Assembly: GCA_963709345.1 (NCBI GenBank)
Contig: CAVPVX010000010.1
Location: 160,001-224,000 of the forward strand
Direction: 5' to 3'
DNA: 64,000 nucleotides
Source: an uncultured Actinomycetes bacterium
Lineage (GTDB): Bacteria > Actinomycetota > Thermoleophilia > UBA2241
Below, piece after piece: positions 20,391 through 32,800 of the stretch. The translations under genes and the position numbers were made by a program. The notes beneath the pieces were generated by a model. The model ran no database searches and was not told the DNA's origin. It saw nothing but the letters and a program-made list of their open reading frames with translations. Within the stretch, counting starts at the first letter, position 1; the number at the start of each line of letters is the position of its first letter.

Positions 20391-21266
20391 CGTCGCCTCC
20401 CGGCGCCTCACGTGCAGGCCGAGGCTCGAGGGCACGGTTCACCTCGACGCCGACGAGCACGGCCAGGTTGAGCACCCAGGCCCAGACGAGAAAGGCGACG
20501 CCGGCGCCGAGCGTGCCGTAGACGCGGTTGTACGACGCGAAGTGACTCAGGTAGACGCTGAAACCGGCCGACGCTGCGACCCAGAGACTCACTCCGACGG
20601 CGGCGCCGGGAAGGAGCCGCCAGAAGGCGGGCTGCCGTCGCCCGGGTGCGTACCGGTACAGCAGACCGAACATGAGCAGGCCGACACCGAACAGCAGCGG
20701 CCACTTGACCCACGACCACAGATCCAGGCCGTAGGTGCCTATCCCGGTGAGGTCCGCCGCCCAGCGGCCGAACGGACCGACGAGAGCGACCATCGCCGCG
20801 GCAAGGGTCAGGAGGCCGAGCAGCAGAAGCGCCAGGGCCAGGCGTACGGGGAGGATGCGCCAGTACGGGCGCCGCTCGGTCGTCTGGTAGATGGTGTCGG
20901 ACGCCCACATGAAGGCGCCGACGTACGCCGAGGCGGCCCACAGCGACGTGGCCGCACCGACGACGAGGGCCAGGCCGGAGCTCTGAGAGCCCAGCACGCT
21001 GCCAAGCGCATCCGAGATGAAGTCCGTGGCCCAGCGCGCGCCGAGGTCGCCGACGGAATCGAGCAGGCCCTGCAGCGCATCCGTGGACAGGCCGACGACG
21101 CCGAGGAGGGCCGTCACGACGAGGAGCGCCGGCAGCAGCGAGAGCACGGTGAAGTAGGTCAGCGCCGCGGCGAGCTTGGGCAGCTCGTGGGCGAGGATGG
21201 TGTTCAGGAGCGCGACGGCCTCGCGCCACAGTCGCGCCAGCCCGGGCGTAGACGTTCGGGTGCCAC
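20386..21266 (-). CDS. YihY/BrkB family membrane protein, probable frameshift near the 5' end
   Basis: AAALTYFTVLSLLPA, SLWAAS, KWPLL, LYRYAP, SYNRVYGTLG. The GGAGG RBS plus GTG at 21266 is out of frame with the gene body. Confidence 0.8.
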
Positions 21267-21336
21267 GGTACCTCCATTGTCGAAAGACTGAGCCTAGACT
21301 ATCTCGCCGCGGCCGCGGCCGCGGCAGCCGACGCAG

Positions 21337-23307
<1,971 letters not shown>

Positions 23308-23524
23308 GCGGCACGGATTCCCGCCGGCCACGACCAGCCGCGCTCGTCCCTCGTCATTCTGCATACGCTTCATACAATGCTCATACCCGGGTGCGTGCGG
23401 TCGCGCAACGCCGCCCGGTGTTCCGCTCCTGCCGCAGGGAGTCGTATACTTACTGTTCACGGTGTGCTTTCGGGGATTCTCCATCGCCGCCGGGCCGAAC
23501 GCGGCACGGGAGGAGGGGTCGGCC

Positions 23525-24526
23525 ATCAGCACCAAAGTGGTGTCGGGAGTTCTGCTTGCGACGCTGGTGTCGGTCGCGGTCCTTCTGGTAGCGCCCGGCT
23601 CCGCAACGGCGCCCACGGCGGTCGCGGCTTCCTACCCGCCCTACCCGTCACGGCTGATCGTGAAGTCGGAGCTGCGGTACAAGGCCGATCTCATGCAGCG
23701 TGGTCTGTCCAGTTCGCCGCAGCTCATCTTCTTCGGCGGCTCCCGCAGCCAGCGCTTCGACCCGGCGTTCGCGCGCAAGCGCACGGGGCTGCGCTCCGCC
23801 AACCTCGCGCACAGCAATGCGCGCCCCGAGGCTGCCTGGGCATACGTCAACTGGATCTACAAGCGCTGGCCGAACGCCAAGCTGCGCTGGGTGTGGGGCG
23901 TGCAGCCCACCATGATCCGTGACCGCGACATGGACCCGGCACTGCTGCAGGACCGCCGCTTCTACCGGTGCTTCCCCGCGGACCTGCTGGCCGCGCAGCG
24001 CCGTCTGCTCCCCGGCAGCGTCTCGGCGATGCCGCGCTTCTACGGCTTCCAGCGCAACCGCTATTCCGACCTCGGTCTGCTCAAGTGGAACGTCTACGAC
24101 GCGCGCCGCGCCGCCGGGTACACGCTCGACCGCTCGCTCGACGCCTACATCGCGAAGATGCTGCGCCCCTCGCACCAGGAGCCGCGGCAACAGACGGGGC
24201 GCGCACGCGACTACTTCGAGAAGACGATCAAGCTGCTGAACGAGCACGGGACCACGCCCGTGCTCGTGCTGATGCCGACGCACCCGCGCGTCCTCCGAGT
24301 GATCAAGGAGCACGGCCTGGGCGGCTCGCGCGAGGCGCTGCGCGACTACCTCTTGAGCCTCGCCGAGGACACCGAGAACTACGACGTGCAGGTACTCGAC
24401 TTCACGCGCATCCAGTCGTTCAACGGCGAGTCGCGGTGGTTCTACGACGGTGTTCACATCACGCGGCTCAACGCCAATCGCGTCATCACGGCGATCAGGT
24501 ACAAGGCGCGCGACTGCCTCAAGTAG
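23525..24526 (+). CDS. Exported SGNH/DltD-like hypothetical protein
   Basis: Signal peptide; FGGSRS near the N-terminus and FYDGVH near the C-terminus. Start is ATC 23525 (after GAGGAGGGG) or GTG 23537. Confidence 0.55.
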   Translation: MSTKVVSGVLLATLVSVAVLLVAPGSATAPTAVAASYPPYPSRLIVKSELRYKADLMQRGLSSSPQLIFFGGSRSQRFDPAFARKRTGLRSANLAHSNARPEAAWAYVNWIYKRWPNAKLRWVWGVQPTMIRDRDMDPALLQDRRFYRCFPADLLAAQRRLLPGSVSAMPRFYGFQRNRYSDLGLLKWNVYDARRAAGYTLDRSLDAYIAKMLRPSHQEPRQQTGRARDYFEKTIKLLNEHGTTPVLVLMPTHPRVLRVIKEHGLGGSREALRDYLLSLAEDTENYDVQVLDFTRIQSFNGESRWFYDGVHITRLNANRVITAIRYKARDCLK

Positions 24527-24571
24527 CGGCTTTCCCCGCCACCGGCGTCGCCGTTCCGGCCGCCGCCGGCT

Positions 24572-25246
24572 CTACTCTGCGCCGCCGGCGGCCGGCCCCT
24601 TCGCCGAGGTTCCCTCACCACGCACCGCGGCCAGGCGCTCCTTGAATCCCGTCTCCTCGAAGATCGTCTGCACTTCCCTCACGACGTCGTCCGGAGGGTA
24701 CAGGTCGCCGAGGCCGAGTTCCGTACGGATCTCGAGGAGATGCTCCATGTAGCAGGTCCACTTCTCGCCCCACGCTTCCTTCACGGCGGGGAACATGAGG
24801 TGTGGATCGCCGCCCATGCCCTTGTCGTAGAAGTTGCCGCACCACTCCGCGAACATCTCGACGTGCGGGCGGCCGCGGCCGCTCTCGACCTGCATGCCGC
24901 GGACGACCTGGTTGATGACCGCCACGCTGTTGTGGCGCGGGCAGCGGCTCTGGCAGGTGTAGCAGTAGTAGCAGTACCAGATGTCGTCGTCCTCCAGCAG
25001 GCTCACGTCGCCTTCGAGCGCGCGGCGCGCCGTCTCGCGCGGCGAGTAGTCGGTGAAGCGCGCCGCAGGACAGCCCGACGTGCAGATGCCGCACTGGATG
25101 CAGCTCTGAAAGCCCTCCTTGTGATCGTGCATGCGCGGGTCCTCGAGGATGCGCCGCCCCAGCTCCGGATCGCGTCGCGGCGCTGCCGCGAACCTGTCGT
25201 CGGCGATACCGGCGTTCGCCCGGTCGTCTCGCGTGTCGTCAGTCAT
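24572..25246 (-). CDS. hdrC: Heterodisulfide reductase subunit C
   Basis: CIQCGICTSGCP and CYYCYTCQSRCP 2x[4Fe-4S] motifs; last gene of the operon. Confidence 0.88.
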   Translation of the reverse strand: MTDDTRDDRANAGIADDRFAAAPRRDPELGRRILEDPRMHDHKEGFQSCIQCGICTSGCPAARFTDYSPRETARRALEGDVSLLEDDDIWYCYYCYTCQSRCPRHNSVAVINQVVRGMQVESGRGRPHVEMFAEWCGNFYDKGMGGDPHLMFPAVKEAWGEKWTCYMEHLLEIRTELGLGDLYPPDDVVREVQTIFEETGFKERLAAVRGEGTSAKGPAAGGAE

Positions 25247-26423
25247 CGGGGCGCTCCTCGGGGATGTGCTCGACTGCCCGGAAGAACTCGGGCCAGAGGT
25301 GGACGGGGACGGTGAGCCTGAGCTCGCGCGCCGCGGACCGCAGGTTGTCGCGGCAGAGCACGCAGGTGGTCACCACCGGCGCCTGCGACGCCGCGGCGAA
25401 CTCCAGGAGCCGCGCGCTCGCCTTGGTGGCGCCGCGGTACATCCCGCCGAGCGCCCCACAGCAGCCGCTGTGCAGCGTGGGGTAGTCGACGGCCATGGCG
25501 GCGCCGGACTGCTCGGCGGCGTCGCCGAGCGCGGCCAGCGCCGCGTCGCGATCGGCGAGGCAGCCGACGTAGGGAACGAAGGTCGCGCCGGACGCCCGCA
25601 GCGTGATACGCGGGCTGCGGGCGGCGCGCTCTGTGAGCGCGTCCCAGAGCGGCACGGCCTCGACGCCGGCCTCCTCGAGGCTGGCGTCGCACGCCGGGCA
25701 CGCCGTGTAGACGCGCTCGTCGGACGCGAAGAGGCTGGCGACGGATCCACGGCTGGGATGGCCGCAGCAACCTGCGTCCGTAGGCTCGCCCAGACGGACG
25801 CCGAACCCGGCGGCCACTTCGTGAACGAGCGCGTGAAGCTTGCGGTCCTGCGGTATGGCGCAGCCGGCGTAGAAGGGCAGCGTCACGGCATCGCCGGCGG
25901 CCGGCCCGGCGTCGCCTGCCCGCCGCCGCCCGCCCAGCGGAAGCAGCTGGCCGGCGAGCTTCACGCCCATCTCCACTGCGCCGATCTTGTCCTTGGGCAG
26001 GTGGCCCTTGACGACCATGGCCGCGCCGAAGCGCAGGTTGTCGATGCGCGGCCGCTTGCGCAGGTGATGAGCGGCGACGTTCGCGGCGGTGCGCTCGGCG
26101 CAGCGGATCGCGTCGCCGTGCTCCTGTTCGAGCCGCCGCAGCCGGCTGAGGATCGACGCGACGTCGATGCCCATCCGGCAGACAGCGGAGCAGGTTCCGC
26201 ACTCCGTGCAGCGCCAGAGGTCGTCGCTCTTCAGCACCGCGTCGATCTCCCCGGCGAGGACGAGCCGCACGATGCGCCGTGGGCCACGGTAGAGATCGCG
26301 TGCGCTCGGGCAGCTCGAGGTGCAGGTGCCGCACTGGTAGCAGATGCGGCATTCCTCCGCGAGGCGAGCGAACTCCTCGACGACGGTGGGTGGGTACGCG
26401 CGGGTATCAGCGACCGCAGTCAT
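25239..26423 (-). CDS. HdrC-HdrB fusion (HdrD-like: 2x[4Fe-4S] plus 2 CCG domains)
   Basis: CYQCGTCTSSCP, CTECGTCSAVC, then YAGC..GCCG..ACPAC and YVGC..GCCG..TCVLC. Confidence 0.82.
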   Translation of the reverse strand: MTAVADTRAYPPTVVEEFARLAEECRICYQCGTCTSSCPSARDLYRGPRRIVRLVLAGEIDAVLKSDDLWRCTECGTCSAVCRMGIDVASILSRLRRLEQEHGDAIRCAERTAANVAAHHLRKRPRIDNLRFGAAMVVKGHLPKDKIGAVEMGVKLAGQLLPLGGRRRAGDAGPAAGDAVTLPFYAGCAIPQDRKLHALVHEVAAGFGVRLGEPTDAGCCGHPSRGSVASLFASDERVYTACPACDASLEEAGVEAVPLWDALTERAARSPRITLRASGATFVPYVGCLADRDAALAALGDAAEQSGAAMAVDYPTLHSGCCGALGGMYRGATKASARLLEFAAASQAPVVTTCVLCRDNLRSAARELRLTVPVHLWPEFFRAVEHIPEERPDD

Positions 26424-28854
26424 GGTCGTCACCTCCTCCGGAGGGGCCGGCGGGGGCGCCCGCGAGGGCGCCGGCTCCGGCGCCGATCAGTCCCATCTCG
26501 TGCTCGACCAAATCCGGCGAGAGGTCGCCGCCGACCGCCTTTGCATGGAACAGGCGGATGCGCCGGCCGACGCTCCTGCGGTCGACGGCGCACAGGTGCC
26601 ACAGCTCGAGCGGCATGGGCACGCCGCCCTCGGCCAGCACCTCCTCCGCGATCTGCATCTGTTCGAGCGCGCTCGCGTCGCCGCTGCGGTACTGGCAGCG
26701 GCCTTCGGCGCAGCCGGCGAGAAAGGCGCCGGCGGCGCCCAGACGAGCCGCCTCCACGATGTGCAGCGCGCTGACGCGTCCGAGGCAGGGCAGCTCGATG
26801 AGTCGCACGCCCTCGGGGTACGTGTCCCGGCGCTGCCCGCTCAGGCTGATGGCCGCTCCGGCGCATTCCCTGCAGTAGAAGCCGACGACGGGCCGATCCA
26901 CGCCCTCCGTCATGGTCGCGATGCGGCCGAAGAGGGCGTCGTCGCTCAGGTTGTGCGCGATCGCCACTTCGGGGCAGTTGGCCGCGCAGATACCGCAGGC
27001 ACGGCACGTCTCGGTATCGATCACGGCGAGCTTGCCGTCCTCCTTCACGGAGTCGGGCCGCGGTGTGCCGGCGGGCCGGTCGACCAGCGTGATGGCGCCG
27101 AACGGACACATGTCCACGCAGGTGTCGCAGCCCACGCACTGGGCCGGGTCCACGCGCGATGCCGCCGTGCCGAGGCGCCCGGTCGAGGTGAGGAAGTTGT
27201 GAATCTCGCCGGCGACCGCGGAAGCCTCGGTGTTCACCTCGATCAGCGCCTTAGGCCCGGCGGCGGAGCCGCAGACGAAGATGCCCTCGCCGCTCGTCTC
27301 CGTGGCCCGGTTCTTGCGGTCGAGGATCTCGACGAACCCATCCACATCGCGGTCGACGGCGAGCGTCCCCGTCAGCTCCTCGGCGCCGGCGGACGGGACC
27401 ATGCCGGTGCTGAGGACGACGAGGTCCGGCCGAAGCACGCGCTTGCGCGCCGCCGTGACGTCCTCGACCTCGACGACTGGCCGTCCGGCCGCGTCGAACT
27501 GCACCTCCGGCGGCGTGCCGCGAAGGAACTCCACGCCGGCGCGGCGCGCCTCGAGGAACCAGTTCTCGTAGCCCACGCCGGCGGTGCGCATCTCGAGATA
27601 GCAGATCGTGATCTTCATCTCGGGAAAGAGCGTCTTGAGGCGGATCGCGTGCTTGAGCGCGATCATGCAGCAGAGGCGCGAGCAGTGCGGCAGGTGGCGC
27701 TGGTCGCGCGAGCCCGCGCACTGGATCATGACGAGCTCCTCGACCGGCATGCGGCCCAGGGACGCCTGCGCCGCCCAATCGTCCAGCATCTCGGCCAGCT
27801 CGACCTGCGTGACGACGCCGTCGTGCCCGTAGCCCAGGTAATCGAAGCACTCGCGCGGCGCCGGCTCGCAGCCGGTGGCCGCCAGGATCGCGCCGGCATG
27901 CACGGTGGCGCGCTGCGGCGACTGCGCGAAGTCGATGGCGTCGACGGGGCACTCGGCGGCGCACCGGCCGCAGAAGGTGCAGGTCTCGAGGTCGACGGTG
28001 CGGATCACGCGTCCGTCGTAGAACTCGGTGAAGATCGCCTTCTTGCCGGGTTCCGATGCCTCGACCTCGCAGACCGTCTCGCACGTACCGCAGTTGATGC
28101 AGGCGTCGGTGACGATGTTGGGCAGCGTGCGGATGCTCACCTGGAAGTCGCCCGGGTGACCCGTCACGGATTCCACCGTGGATCGCCGGCGGATCGAGAG
28201 GCCGGGGTGGTCGATGGCGACGTTACGGTGGAAGCACTTGCGCGTGCCGGCCTGCGCGTCGGTGGTCGGCAGGCACTGGCCGCAGTCGTTGGTGGGGAAC
28301 ACGGTGCCGATGCGGGCGGCGCGGCCGCCGAGGAAGGGGCGCCGCTCCACGAGTTCGACGCGGTGTTCCATCTGGGCGAGAACGGCGGCGGCTTGCGTGC
28401 CGGCCACGCCGCCGCCGATCACCACGACCGTGTTCTCCCGCTTCGCGCAGCTCATGGTGTCGGCGGGCGCGTCGGGATACGCGAGCGACGAGTCGATGAT
28501 GCGCTCGGCCTTGCCGGTGACGGCGGCGACGTCGACGCCGTGCACCCAGCTGCAGCTCTCGCGGATGTCGGCGATCTCCAGGTGCAGGCCGCGCGCCCGG
28601 AGCTTGCCGAAGCGGCGCGCGGCGAAGTCGGGAGAGCATCCGGCGAAGACGATCTGGCGCTCGCTCCCGGTCTCCAGAGACTCGAGCAGCCTCGCCTGGC
28701 CGACCCGGCCGCACCAGTGGGTGTCGCGGATCACGTCGGCCTGCCGGCCGACGTGCGTCTCAAGCCGGTCGAAATCGATGTTGCGGAGGGTCCCGGCGCA
28801 CTCGCAAAGGAGGACGAGCGGGCGCTGCCGTCCGTTGTCGGCCGGCGCGGTCAT
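26407..28854 (-). CDS. hdrA: Heterodisulfide reductase subunit A with C-terminal MvhD domain
   Basis: LCEC, GCSP, IRESCSWVH, GGGVAG, inserted ferredoxin, QCAGSRD, CSRLCC, GPK, C-terminal ferredoxin, then FYCREC..LPCLGRV..GCAEGRCQYRSG. ATG 28854 overlaps the upstream stop. Confidence 0.9.
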   Translation of the reverse strand: MTAPADNGRQRPLVLLCECAGTLRNIDFDRLETHVGRQADVIRDTHWCGRVGQARLLESLETGSERQIVFAGCSPDFAARRFGKLRARGLHLEIADIRESCSWVHGVDVAAVTGKAERIIDSSLAYPDAPADTMSCAKRENTVVVIGGGVAGTQAAAVLAQMEHRVELVERRPFLGGRAARIGTVFPTNDCGQCLPTTDAQAGTRKCFHRNVAIDHPGLSIRRRSTVESVTGHPGDFQVSIRTLPNIVTDACINCGTCETVCEVEASEPGKKAIFTEFYDGRVIRTVDLETCTFCGRCAAECPVDAIDFAQSPQRATVHAGAILAATGCEPAPRECFDYLGYGHDGVVTQVELAEMLDDWAAQASLGRMPVEELVMIQCAGSRDQRHLPHCSRLCCMIALKHAIRLKTLFPEMKITICYLEMRTAGVGYENWFLEARRAGVEFLRGTPPEVQFDAAGRPVVEVEDVTAARKRVLRPDLVVLSTGMVPSAGAEELTGTLAVDRDVDGFVEILDRKNRATETSGEGIFVCGSAAGPKALIEVNTEASAVAGEIHNFLTSTGRLGTAASRVDPAQCVGCDTCVDMCPFGAITLVDRPAGTPRPDSVKEDGKLAVIDTETCRACGICAANCPEVAIAHNLSDDALFGRIATMTEGVDRPVVGFYCRECAGAAISLSGQRRDTYPEGVRLIELPCLGRVSALHIVEAARLGAAGAFLAGCAEGRCQYRSGDASALEQMQIAEEVLAEGGVPMPLELWHLCAVDRRSVGRRIRLFHAKAVGGDLSPDLVEHEMGLIGAGAGALAGAPAGPSGGGDDHDCGR

Positions 28855-29333
28855 GCGCTCACCGCCGCTTCGGCCGGCGGCGCGGCGGCGGCCGATCCGG
28901 CCTCGCCGGCCGTCATCCCGGCGTCTGGCGGCGCGGCGTCCGCCTTCGGCGGCCGCGCCTCGATCGCCCCTGCCGGGCAGGCGCGCGCGCAGGCGCCGCA
29001 GCCCAGACACCGCTCGGAGTCGTAGACGATGGTGCGGTAGACGGTCACCCGCTCCGGGACCTCCACGAGGCCGTCGGGAGCGTGCCGCATGAGACGCCGG
29101 AGCGCGCCGCCGAGGGCGCCTCGGCGGCTGTCGGCCGGCGCTTCGAGCAGCTGGCTCACGTCGAAGAAGTCGCCGCGCCGCGAGGCGCCCGACGGGCAGC
29201 AGGCGGCGCACTTCCCGCACCCGACGCACAACTCCTCGTGGCGGACGATCTCGCAGCCGACGCCGGTCGCGCTCGGCATGACGGAGCCGGGCACGCGGCT
29301 GAGGATCTCGTTGCCGCGACGGCTGAGCGGCAT
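28851..29333 (-). CDS. 2x[4Fe-4S] ferredoxin-like protein
   Basis: CVGCGKCAACCP and CLGCGACARACP; ATG 29333 overlaps the mvhD stop. Confidence 0.8.
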   Translation of the reverse strand: MPLSRRGNEILSRVPGSVMPSATGVGCEIVRHEELCVGCGKCAACCPSGASRRGDFFDVSQLLEAPADSRRGALGGALRRLMRHAPDGLVEVPERVTVYRTIVYDSERCLGCGACARACPAGAIEARPPKADAAPPDAGMTAGEAGSAAAAPPAEAAVSA

Positions 29334-29890
29334 CAGGCGGCCCCCCTCGCGACTGTGGGAGCGCCGGTGTCGCCGCTGAGCGCCGTCGCCGGCTCGCCAC
29401 CGGCTGGGGCGTTGATCAGCGAGGGCGCCACCGTGGACCGCGGCAGCGGCGGCAGGCCGCCGATCACGCGGTCCATCTCGCGCACGGCGGCGACGAACTT
29501 CGGCGGCTCGCCGGCGCTCATGGTGAACATCCGGCAGCGCTCGGGCTCGACGCCGACGCTCTTGAGCAGTCGCTGCACGAACGCGACCCGGTCGACGGCG
29601 TTGAAGTTGCCCTCGCGGTAGTGACACTGGCCGAGCAGGCAGCCGGCGACCATGACGCCGTCTGCACCCTCGGCCAGAGCGCTCAGCAGGTGGAGCGGGC
29701 CGACGCGCCCCGTGCAGGGCACGAGGATCAGCCGGACGGTCGCCGGCAGCGGCGTACGGGCGTTGGCGCTGGAGTCGGCCGCCGTGTAGGCGCACTCGCG
29801 GCAGCAGAAGGCGACGATGGAGCGGCCGGCGGCGGGCCCTGCGGCCCCGCCGGCCGTGCCCGCGCCGGGTGCTCTGGTGGCGCCGGCCAT
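29333..29890 (-). CDS. mvhD: MvhD/FlpD [2Fe-2S] subunit
   Basis: AFCCRECAYTAAD, VPCTGRV, GADGVMVAGCLLGQCHYREGN, GVEPER; ATG 29890. Confidence 0.9.
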   Translation of the reverse strand: MAGATRAPGAGTAGGAAGPAAGRSIVAFCCRECAYTAADSSANARTPLPATVRLILVPCTGRVGPLHLLSALAEGADGVMVAGCLLGQCHYREGNFNAVDRVAFVQRLLKSVGVEPERCRMFTMSAGEPPKFVAAVREMDRVIGGLPPLPRSTVAPSLINAPAGGEPATALSGDTGAPTVARGAA

Positions 29891-32800
29891 CAGACCGTCG
29901 CCTCCGCCAGGAGCTCGGCGTCGCTGTAGCCGCCGAGCTGGATCGCCCCGGTGGGGCACTCCGCGGCGCAGATGCCGCAGCCGCGGCAGATGTTGGGATC
30001 GACCACCGAGTGGGCGTTGGCGCCCACGGTCAACGTCACCGCGAGCTGCGGGCAGGTCGTCTCGCAGACGCCGCAGCCGATGCACACCTCCGAGTCGCTC
30101 GCGGCGACCTGTGCCGGCGTGAGCACGAAGCCCGTCGAGAGCATCGCCATGGCTCTTGCCGCCGCGGCCTTGGCCTGGGCGATCGACTCGGGGATCGTCT
30201 TCGGGCCCTGCGCCGTGCCGGCGACGAACATGCCGCTGCGCTGCGTGTCCACGGGCCGCAGCTTGGGGTGGTACTCGCGGATGAAGCCGGCGGCGCCGGT
30301 CTGCAGGCCGGCGACGCGCGCGATGTCGCGCGTGCCATCGCTGGCCTCGAGACCGGCGGACAGGATGACCATGTCGTAGAAGTCCTCCTGCTTGCGGCCC
30401 GTCATCGTGTCTTCGAAGCGCACCCGGAGATCCCCGTTCTCCTCCTCCTGGACTTCGCCGAAGCGGCCGCGCACGTAGCGCACGCCACGTTCCTGCACGA
30501 GGCGGTAGTACTCCTCGTGCGCCTTGCCGGGCGCGCGCAGGTCGGTGTAGCCGATGGTCACGTCGGCGTCGGGGTAGTGCTGCTTGATCAGCGAGGAGTG
30601 GAGCGTGGCGAAGAGGCAGCAGATGGCCGAGCAGTGCTCGTTGCCGGTCGACGTGCAGTCGCGCGACCCGACGCACTGCAGCATGAGGATCCTCTTCGGG
30701 ACGGCGCCGTCCGACGGACGCACCAACTCGCCCTCCGTGGGGCCGGCGGCGGAGAGAAGGCGCGCCACCTGACTCTGGGTCAGCACGTTCTTGTGGCGCC
30801 CGTAGCCGAGGGGCGCCTTGCGCCTCGCGTCGAACTCCTGGTGGCCGGTGGCGATGATCACGGCGCCGACCGTCAGCTCCTCGAGCGTCTCGGGCTGGTC
30901 CCAGTCCACGGCGCCGGACGGGCAGGCCTGAACGCACGATCCGCAATCGCTGCACACGGCGCAGTTCAGGCAGCGCTTCGCCTCCGCGACGGCCTCCTCG
31001 GCCGTGTAGCCGCGGCTGACCTCGTTCCAGTTCGCGCAACGCTCGAGCCCGTCGACCAGCGCCATGGGGACGCGCTGGCCGATCGCGACCGCGTCGAGCT
31101 CGGCGTCGCTCGGCCGGGCGGTCTCGGCCCCTTCTTCCCACACGGGCAGCAGGCGCTCGCCGCGCAGGTGGTTGTGGATGGCGGCGGCGGCGCGGCGGCC
31201 GGCCGCCACGGCCTCGATGGCGGTGTAGAAGCCCATCGCGGCTGCGTCGCCGCCGGCGAACACGCCGGCGCGCGTCGTCATCATCGTCTCGCGGTCGACG
31301 CGTATCTGGCCGTTCTCGAGCGCCAGGCCCGGGCAGCCCCGGGCGAAGTCGTCGACCAGGGCCTGGCCGACGGCGAAGATCACCGTGTCGGCCTCGAGCG
31401 CGAACTCGGAGCCGTCGACTGGCACCGGCTGGCGGCGGCCGGACGCGTCGGGGTCGCCCAGCTCGCAGCGCTGCAGCTCGATTCCGGCGACGGACCCGTC
31501 CCGGCCGCGGATGGCCAGCGGCTGGACGAGGAACTCCACCATCAGGCCTTCTTCCCGGGCCTCTTCGACCTCGGTGACGTTGGCCGGCATCTCGACGCGG
31601 GTCCGGCGGTACACGAGCGTCACATCGGGCTCGTGGCCGGCCTGCTTCTGGAGGCGGATGGCGCTGCGCGCGGCGTCGAGCGCCACGTCGCCGCCGCCGA
31701 TCACGACGACCTTTTCGCCAAGGGCCGGCGTGCCGCCGAGGTTGAGCTCGCGGAGGAGCTCCACGGCGCGGGTCACGCCGCTCAGGTCGCCGCCGGGGAG
31801 CTCGACCGCGGCGCTCTTCTGCAAGCCGGTGGCGAGGAAGACGGCGCTGTAGTCCCGCTCCAGGAGCTCGTCGACGGTGAAGTCGGCGCCTGCCCGCTGC
31901 CCGAGCCGGAGCTCGATGCCCTTGGCGAGGATCTGCTCGACCTCGCGCTGGATCACGTCGTGCGGGAGGCGGTAGTCGGGGATGCCGGTGCGTAGCATGC
32001 CGCCGGGAACCGGCTGCGCCTCGAATACCGTCACCCTGTACCCGAGGTCGGCGAGGTCGCGAGCGCAGGTGAGGCCGGCGGGGCCGGCGCCGACGATCGC
32101 CACGCCTTCGTCGTGGATGACGGGCGCCGGCTGCACCGGCAGCGTCGGCCCCACGGCGTCGGCGACGAAGCGCTTGAGCGCCGCGATGGCTACGGGATCG
32201 TCGACCTTCCCGCGGGCGCACGCCGTCTCGCAAAGGCGCGTGCAGATGCGCCCGCAGACGCTGCTGAAGGGGTTCGGTTCGCTGGCCACGCGATACGCTT
32301 CTTCGAGGCGGCTGGCGGCGACCAGCGCCACGTACCCCTGGGCGCTCGTGTGGACTGCGCAAGCGCTCTTGCACGGGCTCCAGCCCTTCCGCTCCACGGC
32401 GAAGGTCGCCGGTACGGCGCCGGCGAAGGGCCGGGAGATCGCGGTGCGGTCGGCGACGCCGAACTCGAACTCGCTCGGGTAGCTGACCGGGCACACGGCA
32501 GCGCACTCGCCGCAGCCCACGCAGGCCTCGCTCACGTAGCGCGGCTTGTGGCGAAGGGTCACGGTGAACTCGCCGGGCGGCCCGGTGACGGCGTCGACTT
32601 CGGTGAGCGTGTGCACGGTGATGCGGCCCTCGAGGGCGGTGCTCGTGAGGCGCGGCGCCAGCGAGCACATCGCGCAGTCCTCGGTGGGGAAGGTCTTGCA
32701 GAGGCGCGCCATGTAGCCGCCCAGCGACTGTTGACGCTCGACGATGTGCACGTCGATGCCGGCGGAGGCGAGCTCCTCGGCAGCGGTCATGCCGGCGATC

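Noticed and set aside
21306-21325. (GCCGCG)n short tandem repeat
   Set aside because: Too short and expected at this GC content.
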